Shown here piece by piece: positions 11,701-21,640 of a stretch of 64,000 bases of DNA. Position 1 is the first letter of the stretch; each line of letters starts with the position of its first letter. The stretch is from a virus. A program made the translations under genes and the position numbers. Below the pieces are notes generated by a model. That model was not told the origin of the DNA, did not search any database, and was given only the letters and a program-made list of their open reading frames with translations. Where the stretch lies: positions 1 through 64,000 of IMG/VR virus record IMGVR_UViG_3300034101_003424; one strand, written 5' to 3'.

Positions 11701-11930
11701 ATAGAATATGTAAAACTAATGTTATTTAAATTACTATTAACGCAGTAATTTATATTTATAATTAGACTATCCGTTCTTATAGTATTCGTTATAGGATTAT
11801 TAGGGTCATAGAACCATTGATCATAATTATTTTGATAATTTTGTCTATCAAAAAAAGATAGACTATTTAGAAAATTTTGTTGATCTTGTTCGGATAAGTA
11901 ATAAAATACTGCATAATCTATAAAATCCAT
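8760..11930 (-). CDS. Virion/baseplate protein: C-terminal paralogue of 11965-13062 with N-terminal Cys-bracketed modules and Pro/Gly linkers
   Basis: C-terminal ~390 aa aligns with the next ORF (QFSIAYG..GSGS.DEG, PTRAIY.QY, ELNIAHLSGS, LRLIDDSKIN, VYITTVG.Y); duplicated AAVQFQECDG...PGTYTV.FG...GW.TP domain. Confidence 0.75.
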   Translation of the reverse strand: MDFIDYAVFYYLSEQDQQNFLNSLSFFDRQNYQNNYDQWFYDPNNPITNTIRTDSLIININYCVNSNLNNISFTYSINPNDPSARQNAIDQATSNYRNGNIPYTVGVNSPAPLLTCFTPDFGNLGGIGEIVQSTTSTVYITYCNGTTPIFSRDTITYTDLNDRSVKIRGIQRSLEDLGFTEVSVTLSPASPSSCVPLIPPPEGPTGPGPSPGGPTGPGPSTVTLNASFCGPQGPDSSSFGQVNVQFRDSIAATYKAQLERNGNTSVVTAFDSIPPLPTNCPSISGGGGGPLPPSPPSNITLSEELRASGCLNGAVRRTFKRIEIEAASGTTKTSEFFRDFLSIQTVLFRNQLLTEGYTNLSITTSPNLPQDSDCTTAENNNTTSAIPQVLAAVQFQECDGSIVNLSNSIAPPAPSVNINGIGISLDTINKGILGDFAYTYKTATSTVFSKPGTYTVTFGNISGWKTPSPVTFNLNSVNEYGGGNAGAGIYVRLNCVETTTIAQIQAAVQFQECDGTILNLRNSNRPPAPSLTINGKNLPLDRFGPTTYESFILGDNAYIYRELTSLIYSTPGTYTVNFGDVLGWVTPNPASFTLNSNKESKGGNEAIRIYLRAGCSEPPPPPPPVPPGPGPTSPGPTGPGPTGPGPTPPPPPTTTTTTLRIPDSNWLKRINPIDNKKYVFDITEGLFSNNVRNLVTFFTGSTSENYSRYYTHVYDENPKTSLTSSIQFSIAYGHSGGSGSLDEGNKINITPTRAIYSQYRNLVLGKPDVKFNLTGKETDSIYVINYQSKRLKDRLDAGVLELNIAHLSGSRFLAGGGTRATHTGSNVKLAGTNRVLRLIDDSKININPDYTDVGYSYNIVSGTLETGVYNESNPHYYGKLIPSLGIAILDGNKLDLSASFATSNASEIEGYNAIKLYKSFSGSALVQDISGDYLGMKARRVIREYNDYYFIRINNKEFNFTNNNSYFIYNKKEDSRRPGDLSMPLDPNSPEGMELTKRLTETNGEIYENFVNNPQVYITTVGLYNAQRELVAVGKLAKPILKNFTEESIFTVKLKY

Positions 11931-11964
11931 TGCGCGCTATGTTTTTGCTATTAAATATTGGTTC

Positions 11965-13062
11965 TTAGAAATCCAATTTTACTTTTAAAAGAGCTTCTCT
12001 AGTAAAACTTTTTTGTAAAGGTTTTGATAGTTTAGCTACCGCAAGTAGTTCATAAGAATTAGAATACATACCTACTGTTGTAATATATACTTTAGGGTCA
12101 TTTATAAAAGTGGGCTGGGAAAAGTCGCCTTCAGAACCTGTTATAAATGTTGGATTGTTGCTAAAATTATATCTGTCGTTTCTTACTCTTACAAAATAAT
12201 GAGTAGATTTCACTTTTTCAGAACTTCTAGCTTGAAATCCTAATTTATCTCCCGATAAATCTTGGAACTTAGCAGAACCGGACATAGACCTATAAAGTTT
12301 AAAAGCGTTATCTCCTGCAACTTCAGAGCCAGATACTGTTCCAAACGAAGCAGATTTGTCAAGTGCTGTACCATCCATTACAACAATACCTAAGTTAGGA
12401 TACACTAAACCAAATTTTCTAGGATTTGCGGGATTATGTACACCTGATTCTAAGGAGCCGGAAACTAAATTATAAACTTTACCTGCCGTGGTTACGGACG
12501 CGGGATTAATTTTTGAATCATCAATTAATCTAAGACTTCTCCCATTTCCAGCTAGTCTAACATTAGATCCGGTATGCGTAGAATTTTGTCCAGGTCCATT
12601 AATAAATTGAGAGCCCGACAAATGAGCTATGTTAATTTCTAAAGTGCCTACATCTAAGGATTCTCTTAATCTAGCTCTATTTACATTAATTACATAAATA
12701 CTGTCTGTAGATTTTCCATTAATTGTAAATTTTCTCTCCCCGGGGTCTAAGCACAATTGCTTATATTGACCATAAATAGCTCGAGTAGGAGTATCATTTA
12801 TTTGACCTCCTTCATCAGCGGAGCCAGAGCCGTTGTATTGGCCGTAAGCAATACTAAATTGAGCTTCCGATCCTAGGGCGTTTGAAGAGCTATTAAAAAT
12901 TTCATAATAATACCTCTTTTGTGTAGCCGTTTGTCCGGAAGATGTAAAAAAGGTTGTTAAATTACCATCATTATTTGAAAATAGAGCTCTAGTAATTACC
13001 TCCTCTTGGTTAGGTACAATATCGGCTGTATTAAATGTAGTAAATATATCTGTATTTGCCAT
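11965..13062 (-). CDS. Conserved virion/baseplate structural protein
   Basis: Intact ORF in the structural cluster; paralogous to the C-terminus of 8760-11930; ends in VYITTVGMY...LLAVAKLSKP...KVKLDF. Confidence 0.75.
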   Translation of the reverse strand: MANTDIFTTFNTADIVPNQEEVITRALFSNNDGNLTTFFTSSGQTATQKRYYYEIFNSSSNALGSEAQFSIAYGQYNGSGSADEGGQINDTPTRAIYGQYKQLCLDPGERKFTINGKSTDSIYVINVNRARLRESLDVGTLEINIAHLSGSQFINGPGQNSTHTGSNVRLAGNGRSLRLIDDSKINPASVTTAGKVYNLVSGSLESGVHNPANPRKFGLVYPNLGIVVMDGTALDKSASFGTVSGSEVAGDNAFKLYRSMSGSAKFQDLSGDKLGFQARSSEKVKSTHYFVRVRNDRYNFSNNPTFITGSEGDFSQPTFINDPKVYITTVGMYSNSYELLAVAKLSKPLQKSFTREALLKVKLDF

Positions 13063-13076
13063 TTTTATTTTATTGT

Positions 13077-13760
13077 TTATTCAGTTATTCCAGCTCCAGG
13101 AGTTGTTCCTGTAGTAATTCTATTCACTGTTAAGCTAATCGATACTCTACCTCCTGTTTCGTTTCCTACTATTGCTAACGTAGCCTTTCTTTGATTTAGA
13201 GTAGAACCTTTTGCTTTTAAAGTAAATCCTAATCCAGTTACACTTATTGCCTGTGCGGCTTCCGTATCTGTAATTGTTCGAGGAGTTGAAGGGGCTACAT
13301 CCTGACCATTATTTTGTGCCGGAGTTCTAGTTACACCAACAAAGGAAGCAACATCGCTATCAGATAAAGTTGCGGTATATCCAAAAGTAGTATTTCCGCC
13401 TTCAAAATTTATAGTTCTTGGAGAGATTGTTATTTCTTCTCCGTTTGTTAGAGTCACTGCTGTTTGACCTACAGATATAATTGGTATTCTAACTGTTCTT
13501 TTAGGTAGTGTAACCAATTTATATTTCATCATTTGAGTTTCATCCACTACTGCTTCTGTTAATGGCATATTCTCTAAGGTAATTCCATAATATGCCGTAC
13601 CTAGTGGATGATCCGTATTCCATAATGAATAATCAATCTCATCGTCGGCTAATGCAAAATGTGTAATTTGGAATTCATTTCTTCCTCGTGCAAGTAATTC
13701 CCGTCCTCTGCGGGTTAAAATAGCATCTACTGTTATTTGGTTATTGTTTAGGTATCCCAT
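13077..13760 (-). CDS. Virion structural protein (N-terminus resembles the tail-collar/DUF3751 start)
   Basis: AILTRRGRELLA.G...ITHFALADD motif; preceded by a TATTTATT late-promoter motif. Confidence 0.7.
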   Translation of the reverse strand: MGYLNNNQITVDAILTRRGRELLARGRNEFQITHFALADDEIDYSLWNTDHPLGTAYYGITLENMPLTEAVVDETQMMKYKLVTLPKRTVRIPIISVGQTAVTLTNGEEITISPRTINFEGGNTTFGYTATLSDSDVASFVGVTRTPAQNNGQDVAPSTPRTITDTEAAQAISVTGLGFTLKAKGSTLNQRKATLAIVGNETGGRVSISLTVNRITTGTTPGAGITE

Positions 13761-13774
13761 TTTGTTTGTTTTAT

Positions 13775-13782
13775 AATAAATA
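13775..13782 (-). promoter_or_regulatory. Putative late promoter TATTTATT
   Basis: gTATTTATTataaaacaaacaaaATG; same motif as about 10 other intergenic sites. Confidence 0.65.
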
Positions 13783-13799
13783 CTTTGAAATATAATATT

Positions 13800-16700
13800 T
13801 TACACTATTATTTGATTTGCGCTAACCTCTCTGTATTCTACAACAGGTCCGCCGTCAATAGTGTCCGTTGTATCCACATTAAAATCTAATCCGGTTAATT
13901 TACAGCCAGTGAATCTAAGTCTATTAGGTACAGAGTCTTCAACGTATTGATAGTTAGTAGGAACTAGAGAAGATGAATAGTAATTTTTTGTGTTTATCAA
14001 TGTCGCCAGGTTTAAATTTTTTTGGTATTGTGAAGAATAATTTACGGCGGTGCTAGATGAGTAATGATATACTACTTTTTTATATGCTAAATTAGTTTTT
14101 TCAGATTCTATAATAGATTGAGTAACATACAATTTATTCCTATAAATATTTCCAGCATCATTTATTACATATTCATTCTTATATAAATATTCTTTTAGTT
14201 GCAATTTAGTTAGTGTAGAATTAAAATTATGGAAACTAGATGACAAAACATAACTATATGCATTGTTGGCATTGTAAAAATTATTGATATTGAAATTAGT
14301 AACTTTACCCACTATATTTTCTATCTTATAACATGATGAATCCAATTTAAAATCATTTGATATTACATTTGTGTTTCCATCATAAAAATTAATCTTTCTT
14401 CTATTTAATATTCTATCTTTGTATGTTCCATTTCTCTTAAATCTATAAGCAATGTTTTCTTCTGTAGATCCGCTAACATGCAACACATTTCCTATAAACG
14501 ATAAATGCCTGTTTAAAGTTGCGTATGTTTCAATTAAATTCCTTTCATCATCAAAATAGTATAATGATTCCATGTTTGAGTCAATACCATTTTCTTCATT
14601 TATACTGAATAGATTTATATTACCTTTTACATGTTCTAATGTTCCTAAATCTGAAATAGAGTATATCTTTGACAAATCTCTATTAATTTCTAAGTTATCT
14701 ATTAAATTTTCATATTTGTATAAGTAAGTTTCCCCGCCGAATTCATATAATTTTCCACTTTGATTAACTTTATGAGAATCTAAATCTGAAAATAGTAAAG
14801 AATATCCATCATAATAATCTAAAGTGGATGTTATTTTTTCATGCTTAAAGTCGGGAGTTACAGTTACAGGCAATTCTGATTTATACTTCCTGTACTCTAA
14901 TTCTATGTCAGGAGGCATTTCCGTACTTGTGCTATATTTTATTTGTTCAAAATCAGGTAATAGGTTAAAATCTAAGGATGCTGTATATTTTTTATGTGAT
15001 ATTTCTACCGGAGGTGCGTAGCTTATAGAACCTGTATACAAGATATATTCTCCTACTTGACTATCAGTTTTTATGATTGTTTTTTCATATTGTGGATTAG
15101 TCATAGAAGGGTTTTTTCTTGCGACTTTAGCCCTTTCTAATATATTTTCCTCTAATAAAATACCTGCAATAAGATTTGCTCTAGCTGGAACTAATTGCTT
15201 TATCTGCTCGAATATAGAATAATCGTACAGTGAAAATATTTCTATGTATTTGTTATAATTGTTTCTATTTTTATACTTCTTCCAATAATTTTCTCTGTTT
15301 ATTCTAAGATTATTGTATTCATCTCTATACAAATCAGAAGGGTCTCCAATCAAATTATCCAAATCTATACCTCCATATTGATTTGCTATATCTCTATTTA
15401 CTTGATCCGTTGGGCTAAATACTACGGCTAACTTATTTGAATCAACAGGGTCTGTATCAAAAGTGTTTATCTGTACTCTTTTTTCCGGGGATAATTGATT
15501 AGTATAAAAAGATTCTTCTATTCGTATCTTATCGCTTTTTATGACACTTGCTCCTATGGAAGGTGAGTAACTGTAATAAATTTCTGAATAAGGTTTATAT
15601 TGATTTTCTTGAGACCCTGTAAATCCTCTAAAACTAGCTGTAGTGTATTGTGATTTTATTCTATTAGGATGACTAGAAGATACAAATATATAAGTAGAAT
15701 GGTCATATCTAAGAGCATCTACACCCATTGGATAGAATCTATTTAATGTGTCAAAAGATGATGTATAAGAAGAACCATTATAAGCCGCTGGATTTAGTGT
15801 ATGTTCTTCAAATACTTTTTCTGAATATATATCACTGTAGTCCTTATATGCTTGTAAAAATCCTCTATATCTACTTGCTCTAACTCCTGCGTGTTGACTA
15901 CCCGTAGATCCTCCTAATATGATATTGTGAGGAGTAGACAAAGAACTTGTAGAGCCCCAAGAAAATGCTATATCAGAAGATGCTGTAACAACCATGGAAC
16001 CGGAAAAACTAATCCAATTTTCAAAATTACCGCTAGATTTTTTCCATTCTATATGTATAGAGCCAGTTTTTTTGGTATTTGTTATATTTCTATCTGTGTA
16101 TATCCTAACATTCCAAGCGTCTCCATCAAAAAATGGATAATATTGGGATCTGATTGTTTTTATAGAAAAAGAAGATGTTGAATTAGATGTGCTTTGTGCG
16201 TTCCTATATCTTAAAAAGCCGTAAGCATAACTTCCACTCCTAGATGAAGTTGAAAAAGCTCTGTAACTCACTAATTCTAAATTACTATATACTTTATTAC
16301 TATTTTTAGAATCCTCTATAGACCATAAACTCATACTAAGACTAGATGAATTTGATGTATTGAATCTAAATTCTGAAACTCTAGGGGCGGATACTTGATT
16401 TTCGTTAGGGGATATAGATTGTCCCCACGGAATTTTAACGAATTGATTTCCGTCAAATTTTAACAAGTATTGATACCTATAACTTTTATGCGTAGGATTA
16501 TATTTAGGAGGTCTTGCTCCACCATACTCCTTAATACTAATTAATGTTTGAGGGATACCATATATAGATAACAAAGATTTTAAACTTCGTTCCGTACCTT
16601 TTGTTTTTAGAAGAGTAGGTATATTATTTACTATTCTCCTCCAAATCTGATGTGTTAAGTATTCATGGGCCTGAGAAGCTAAAGTTCCTGTCTCTAAAAA

Positions 16701-18257
16701 ACTTCCTGTATTGTCCGTGCCTAATTTATATAACCAGAGATTGCTAAGTTGATACCCATTATTTACCTCCCAACCTAAAGATTTAGCATAAGTCTTAAGA
16801 AGTTCATTAGGAATGCCTCTTTTTGGATGTTCATCTCTTCTGTGAATAGAAGTTAATTCTTTAGTAAAAGCATACAAATTATCAAAATGCTGACCAATCA
16901 TATCAAGAAAGACAAGGTATTCTGAGTTGTCCGAATCATTCACAATATGACCTGGGGTGGCTTCATATAATGTGTTGTAATTTGTGCTGTCAAACTTTCT
17001 AGCTTTAGACAAAGATGATGAATACCAATAATTGTATGCAGAAGATGTTATATGATAATTGTAATATTTATTTTGAGCTATATACTTTGGCGCCGGAGTA
17101 ATACTACCTGTTATGTCGTAGGAAAAAATACTTCCAGAAGAATAATATAAATAATTTTCAAATTCGTCGAAACTATTTTTAACTTGATAAGATCTTTTCA
17201 CTATTTTATTATGGTCGGCAATACCAAAATTACTTCCTGAAGAATTGCTTAATTTTATTGCATTACTTTGACTATTGTAAAATTCAATTAATTGTAGTTT
17301 GTAATTATAGTTTTTTAACCTTTCTTGTGCCGATCCGTAAAATACAAAATTAGAAAATGTAGAGTAATCTATATTTAAAGGAACGGAAGCTGATGAAGAT
17401 ATAACTCTATTTATAATTGTATTAGCTGTCTCATAATTTGAATCTAGTAGAGTATCCCAATAATGGTAAATGTTTTCGTCTTTAGAAGGCAGTAAGCTAT
17501 TCCATGTACTATAATTAGTAGATTCACCACTTGGAGTATTTACAGAATAATTAGGTGTTAAAGTCCTAGGCTCACTAACTATTTCAGGAGAAGTAACTGT
17601 AAAAGAATCAAAATAGTCTTCTGCTACTTTATAGCAAATGTGTAATAAATTTCCTGTTTTTAAATTTTCTATAGGCCTTAACAATTTAACATAAATAACA
17701 TACTCATTATCACAATCAACTTTTATGTTTATAATTGAGTAAATTTTATTCTCTCCTAAATTTAATACAATGTTATTAATAAACCCCAAAGTTCTTAAAT
17801 AAGAAACTTTATTTTTGAATAATTTTAGTTTACTTATTACGTCCGGATTGTTTTTTAAATAGGTCGGCCGAATAGCTAATTTTAATTCTAACTCATCTGG
17901 GCTAATCTCTTGAATATAAAAATACTGATTATCTATGTTTCCAAAAATGTTATAAAGAAAGTTAAAACAAATTTTATAAGTTCCCTCAAATATTTCTGAA
18001 TCAAAAAATAATTTACATACATCAAAATTTATATCATCGTAAGTAGAATCAAAATCATTTCTTACATTATAAGCTGACTTAACTAAATCATAACTTGTAT
18101 TATAAACATGGGAATCTATGGAGAATGGATTTTTTATTTCATCTACTATTGCTTTTGATATGTCCAAACTCATGAATGGCTCATAATCGAATGATACTCC
18201 TTCAATTAATGATGACGAATCTTTTATCTTATCTTTATTTACGAATCTATCTATCAT
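13800..18257 (-). CDS. Large baseplate wedge/tail protein (gp7 / P2-I-like segment)
   Basis: FLDMIGQHFD..LLKTYAKSLGW..LLKTKGTERSLKSLLSIYGIP segment typical of wedge proteins; lies in the baseplate cluster. Confidence 0.7.
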   Translation of the reverse strand: MIDRFVNKDKIKDSSSLIEGVSFDYEPFMSLDISKAIVDEIKNPFSIDSHVYNTSYDLVKSAYNVRNDFDSTYDDINFDVCKLFFDSEIFEGTYKICFNFLYNIFGNIDNQYFYIQEISPDELELKLAIRPTYLKNNPDVISKLKLFKNKVSYLRTLGFINNIVLNLGENKIYSIINIKVDCDNEYVIYVKLLRPIENLKTGNLLHICYKVAEDYFDSFTVTSPEIVSEPRTLTPNYSVNTPSGESTNYSTWNSLLPSKDENIYHYWDTLLDSNYETANTIINRVISSSASVPLNIDYSTFSNFVFYGSAQERLKNYNYKLQLIEFYNSQSNAIKLSNSSGSNFGIADHNKIVKRSYQVKNSFDEFENYLYYSSGSIFSYDITGSITPAPKYIAQNKYYNYHITSSAYNYWYSSSLSKARKFDSTNYNTLYEATPGHIVNDSDNSEYLVFLDMIGQHFDNLYAFTKELTSIHRRDEHPKRGIPNELLKTYAKSLGWEVNNGYQLSNLWLYKLGTDNTGSFLETGTLASQAHEYLTHQIWRRIVNNIPTLLKTKGTERSLKSLLSIYGIPQTLISIKEYGGARPPKYNPTHKSYRYQYLLKFDGNQFVKIPWGQSISPNENQVSAPRVSEFRFNTSNSSSLSMSLWSIEDSKNSNKVYSNLELVSYRAFSTSSRSGSYAYGFLRYRNAQSTSNSTSSFSIKTIRSQYYPFFDGDAWNVRIYTDRNITNTKKTGSIHIEWKKSSGNFENWISFSGSMVVTASSDIAFSWGSTSSLSTPHNIILGGSTGSQHAGVRASRYRGFLQAYKDYSDIYSEKVFEEHTLNPAAYNGSSYTSSFDTLNRFYPMGVDALRYDHSTYIFVSSSHPNRIKSQYTTASFRGFTGSQENQYKPYSEIYYSYSPSIGASVIKSDKIRIEESFYTNQLSPEKRVQINTFDTDPVDSNKLAVVFSPTDQVNRDIANQYGGIDLDNLIGDPSDLYRDEYNNLRINRENYWKKYKNRNNYNKYIEIFSLYDYSIFEQIKQLVPARANLIAGILLEENILERAKVARKNPSMTNPQYEKTIIKTDSQVGEYILYTGSISYAPPVEISHKKYTASLDFNLLPDFEQIKYSTSTEMPPDIELEYRKYKSELPVTVTPDFKHEKITSTLDYYDGYSLLFSDLDSHKVNQSGKLYEFGGETYLYKYENLIDNLEINRDLSKIYSISDLGTLEHVKGNINLFSINEENGIDSNMESLYYFDDERNLIETYATLNRHLSFIGNVLHVSGSTEENIAYRFKRNGTYKDRILNRRKINFYDGNTNVISNDFKLDSSCYKIENIVGKVTNFNINNFYNANNAYSYVLSSSFHNFNSTLTKLQLKEYLYKNEYVINDAGNIYRNKLYVTQSIIESEKTNLAYKKVVYHYSSSTAVNYSSQYQKNLNLATLINTKNYYSSSLVPTNYQYVEDSVPNRLRFTGCKLTGLDFNVDTTDTIDGGPVVEYREVSANQIIV

Positions 18258-18277
18258 ATCTAATTATTGAAGTAATT

Positions 18278-20515
18278 TTAATTATTCTTTCGGGAGAATG
18301 GATCGTAAGGAGGATTACCTCTACTACCTCCTGTACCACTACTGCCACCTGTACTACGGCCATTCGTTCGCATGAATGGAATGGGTCCACCACCGCCCGT
18401 GCTACCACCACCTGTGCCACCACCACCTGTATTATCACCGCCTGTATTATTACCAATATTTTGATAACTTAGAAAGTCTATGGTATTTCCCGGAATGCCT
18501 CGTGTTAAATCTATGGAACTAGTATCTTGTCCTCCACTACCTCCCCCTCCGCCAGGAGTTTCTGTTGTAGGGCAGTTAAAATTATTTAAATCTATGAAAA
18601 CATTAACTAAAGGAGGAGCTTGATTTCTATCTATAAGAGTAGAATTACCTCTATATTGGTAACTCTTATTTCCGCTATTTAAAAATAAAGTGCAGATTTG
18701 ATTAATACTACCTATACTTAGAGAAGTGTATATTTTATCATTTTCGTCAGTACAAGATACAAGTTCATATATTACTATTTTAGTAGTATCTCCGCCGCCG
18801 CCTGAAGGGCCTCCACCTCCAATGCCCGGACAATTTGTAACTCCTTTTATTTCTAGTAAATCAGTAAGTATTGCTATAGCTAGTGTGGTGGGATAGAAAT
18901 TTGGTTCTAATTCATCCCAATAATAAGAAAGACGTTTTGTAACGCTATAATAAATTTGATTAGCTTTAGGTTGTGTGGCGATGTACCCAGGTATATCATT
19001 TGAATTACATGGAATCATTCTCCAGTATTTATTCCCTGCTCCTGTACTAGTACTACCTGTTCCTCCACCTGTATCTGTTCCTCCTCCGGTACTAGGACCT
19101 GTTCCTCCACCTGTATCTGTTCCTCCTCCGGTACTAGGACCTGTTCCTCCACCTGTATCTGTTCCTCCTCCGGTACTAGGGCCTGTTCCCCCACCTGTAT
19201 TATCTTTAGGACATTCAGGACAAAGAGAATTAGTTCCAGATGCTCCTGTAGGTCCAGCAGGTCCTTGCGGTCCTATTGGTCCTAGTCCACCAGGTTGACC
19301 ATTTTGTCCCGGCTGACCATTCTGTCCGGGTAATCCGTTAGTTCCATTCTGTCCATTAGCTCCCGCAGCTCCCGCAGGTCCGGCAGGTCCAGCAGGTCCA
19401 TTAGCTCCATCTTTACCATCTTTACCATCTTTACCGGAGGGTCCAGCAGGTCCTTGAGGTCCAGGTAAAGGTATTGAGCCTCCTCCGACTACATTTAATC
19501 CATCTTTACCATCTTTACCGGGTCTTCCTTCCGAGCCACTAACGATAATAACGAAAGGTTCGGCCGGAATGTTATTAATAATAGTAGATGGGATGTTATT
19601 AATAATTGGAACCATAGGATCAATAATGTTTCTCACTTTTTTCCTAACAGCAGGTGTCCAAGATGCAGATAATTCAATACAATTACCGTTATTATTAGTA
19701 TTTATAAAATAGTAAGTGTACCCTTCTAAAGGTCTTGCTCCAACTTCAGCAATTTTAACAAATGTACCTAATGGATAAGTAGCTAATTCAGAGAAATCCA
19801 CTCGTTCAATGGATATTACATCGTTATATGTTTTATTTCTTTCAAACATCATAACTTCTAATGTCTCATTATTAGGAATAAGACATACCGAAATATCTGT
19901 TAATGCTTGATTATTACCACCAATAAAATAATTAAAATTTGCGTCAATTATTTTAGAAAGTGTGAAATCAGAAACAATAACTTTTTCAGGTCTAATAAAA
20001 TAATAGCCAGGGTCTACAGATAAAGTAGTTCCTTGTAATTTGTAATTTATTGGAACGTATTTTATTCCTTTAAGATTTACTTTTAATTTTGGTTTATTGG
20101 CTTTTTTTATATCTTCAGTGGAATATCTATTTTTATTTTGTCCCTCTATTTCAGGCAATCTTTCATTTATTGTTCCGAAGATGACTTTTTCTACATTCCC
20201 TTCGTATCTTCTAACAATTTTATAATTTACATAATCATCGTTTTCACTAGATGTACTAATTTCATTTTTTGGGACGGGAAGAGATATTTCTAATTTATTA
20301 TTTACATCTAATGCATCTCCAATTTTTATTAATTCTTTGGACTCTTCCGTAGTAAATCTTCCGGACATGTATTTTTCATACTCATCCACATGATATTGAC
20401 CTTTATATATGTCTCCATTTAAATAAGTAAAATTTCCAGTGGATAAGTTAGGACCTGATCTTTTATTGTTTGGATCTGATAATCTATGTATATTTATGAT
20501 ATTATTCTCTTCCAC
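18278..20515 (-). CDS. Virion protein with collagen-like, Gly/Thr-repeat and Cys-paired modules
   Basis: GKDGKD/GPAGPA/GQNGQP collagen, (TGGGTGPSTGGGTD)x3, two Y...C...NCP modules; GTG start overlaps the upstream TAG. Confidence 0.7.
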   Translation of the reverse strand: MEENNIINIHRLSDPNNKRSGPNLSTGNFTYLNGDIYKGQYHVDEYEKYMSGRFTTEESKELIKIGDALDVNNKLEISLPVPKNEISTSSENDDYVNYKIVRRYEGNVEKVIFGTINERLPEIEGQNKNRYSTEDIKKANKPKLKVNLKGIKYVPINYKLQGTTLSVDPGYYFIRPEKVIVSDFTLSKIIDANFNYFIGGNNQALTDISVCLIPNNETLEVMMFERNKTYNDVISIERVDFSELATYPLGTFVKIAEVGARPLEGYTYYFINTNNNGNCIELSASWTPAVRKKVRNIIDPMVPIINNIPSTIINNIPAEPFVIIVSGSEGRPGKDGKDGLNVVGGGSIPLPGPQGPAGPSGKDGKDGKDGANGPAGPAGPAGAAGANGQNGTNGLPGQNGQPGQNGQPGGLGPIGPQGPAGPTGASGTNSLCPECPKDNTGGGTGPSTGGGTDTGGGTGPSTGGGTDTGGGTGPSTGGGTDTGGGTGSTSTGAGNKYWRMIPCNSNDIPGYIATQPKANQIYYSVTKRLSYYWDELEPNFYPTTLAIAILTDLLEIKGVTNCPGIGGGGPSGGGGDTTKIVIYELVSCTDENDKIYTSLSIGSINQICTLFLNSGNKSYQYRGNSTLIDRNQAPPLVNVFIDLNNFNCPTTETPGGGGGSGGQDTSSIDLTRGIPGNTIDFLSYQNIGNNTGGDNTGGGGTGGGSTGGGGPIPFMRTNGRSTGGSSGTGGSRGNPPYDPFSRKNN
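19055..19200. repeat. 42-bp tandem repeat, three perfect copies plus a partial copy
   Basis: acctgttcctccacctgtatctgttcctcctccggtactagg at 19055, 19097 and 19139. Confidence 0.95.
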
Positions 20516-21639
20516 TATTTACTAACTTTAAAATATATAGAATCATCAATTGTTTTTTCAATGTCTCCTCCATCCATCTTCACTTTAATTAGAACTTTAT
20601 AATATCGATTAGGAAGGAATGTATTAAAATCTAATTTGAAATAATTTCCTTTATTGTCACAACTTATTACATTTCTATCATCAAATGGAACAACATACAT
20701 AGATGTTTGTTCATCTTGTATTGCATAATAAGAAGATGTTGGTAATCTTTTACTTGACATGTAATTTGATGATGTAGAATATGTCTTAACTGGGATTCTA
20801 TCTCTTACTAAGAATCTAAACTTTGTTTTATCTGTTGGGTAGTAAGATGCTTTTTTATTTTTGAAATGTAGAATGAAATCTTCGTTTGGTACTTGAGAGA
20901 ATGATGAAGTTCCTGAGAAGTCTGCATCATTCCATACTATGTCTAATCTTGGAATGAATATAGTATTAGTTTCCCTGCTGAAAAATTTGACAGATCCCAT
21001 TACTTCACAACTTTTCTCATCGCTGTCACTTCTTTTTAAGATAAGACCATTATTCGGAATAGAGCCTGAAATCCATTTATGAACAATTCTAGTGATATCC
21101 ATTCTTAAATCTGGACTTTCTTGATCAAAAGATTGCGACGCTACGAAACCACTTTGATGATACCACGTACCACCTCCCTTTTGTGTTACGTATGAACCGG
21201 TAGTTCCTGCAACAAATGAGCCAGAAGTCCACCGTTTACCTGTCATATTAAAAGAGCCATTTCTATAAGTCCATGAAACACCCTCTTTAATTTGAGGAGA
21301 GGAGTTATAATAACCTTTTCCTTGACTCCAAGATTCACTGACAGGATATGCGTATAAAGAGTAAGTCAAAGCTAAATTATCAGCCTGTGCCGAGAATAAA
21401 TTTAAATAGTATTTGCTTGACTTTCCTATAGTTCCATTCTGAATTAATTTATTTATCTCAATGGAATCTATTTGGAGTAATATCCTAGAATTATAATTGT
21501 AATTATAGAAAATATCATTAGCATCTGCAACATTATGAGATATCTTTTCTAACTCTATTATTGAATCTAAACCTGAATTTAAATCAGGTTTCCCTTCATA
21601 TATAGTGGCGTCTCTTATTGGATATACTGAATACTGCAT
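20515..21639 (-). CDS. Virion protein with DNRLRE/CBM96-like domain
   Basis: DATIYE..P..N.G, SRILLQ, LYAYPVSESW.QG, DITRIV..W.SG..PNNGLILK, FFSRET...PRL motifs. Confidence 0.7.
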   Translation of the reverse strand: MQYSVYPIRDATIYEGKPDLNSGLDSIIELEKISHNVADANDIFYNYNYNSRILLQIDSIEINKLIQNGTIGKSSKYYLNLFSAQADNLALTYSLYAYPVSESWSQGKGYYNSSPQIKEGVSWTYRNGSFNMTGKRWTSGSFVAGTTGSYVTQKGGGTWYHQSGFVASQSFDQESPDLRMDITRIVHKWISGSIPNNGLILKRSDSDEKSCEVMGSVKFFSRETNTIFIPRLDIVWNDADFSGTSSFSQVPNEDFILHFKNKKASYYPTDKTKFRFLVRDRIPVKTYSTSSNYMSSKRLPTSSYYAIQDEQTSMYVVPFDDRNVISCDNKGNYFKLDFNTFLPNRYYKVLIKVKMDGGDIEKTIDDSIYFKVSK

Positions 21640-21640
21640 T

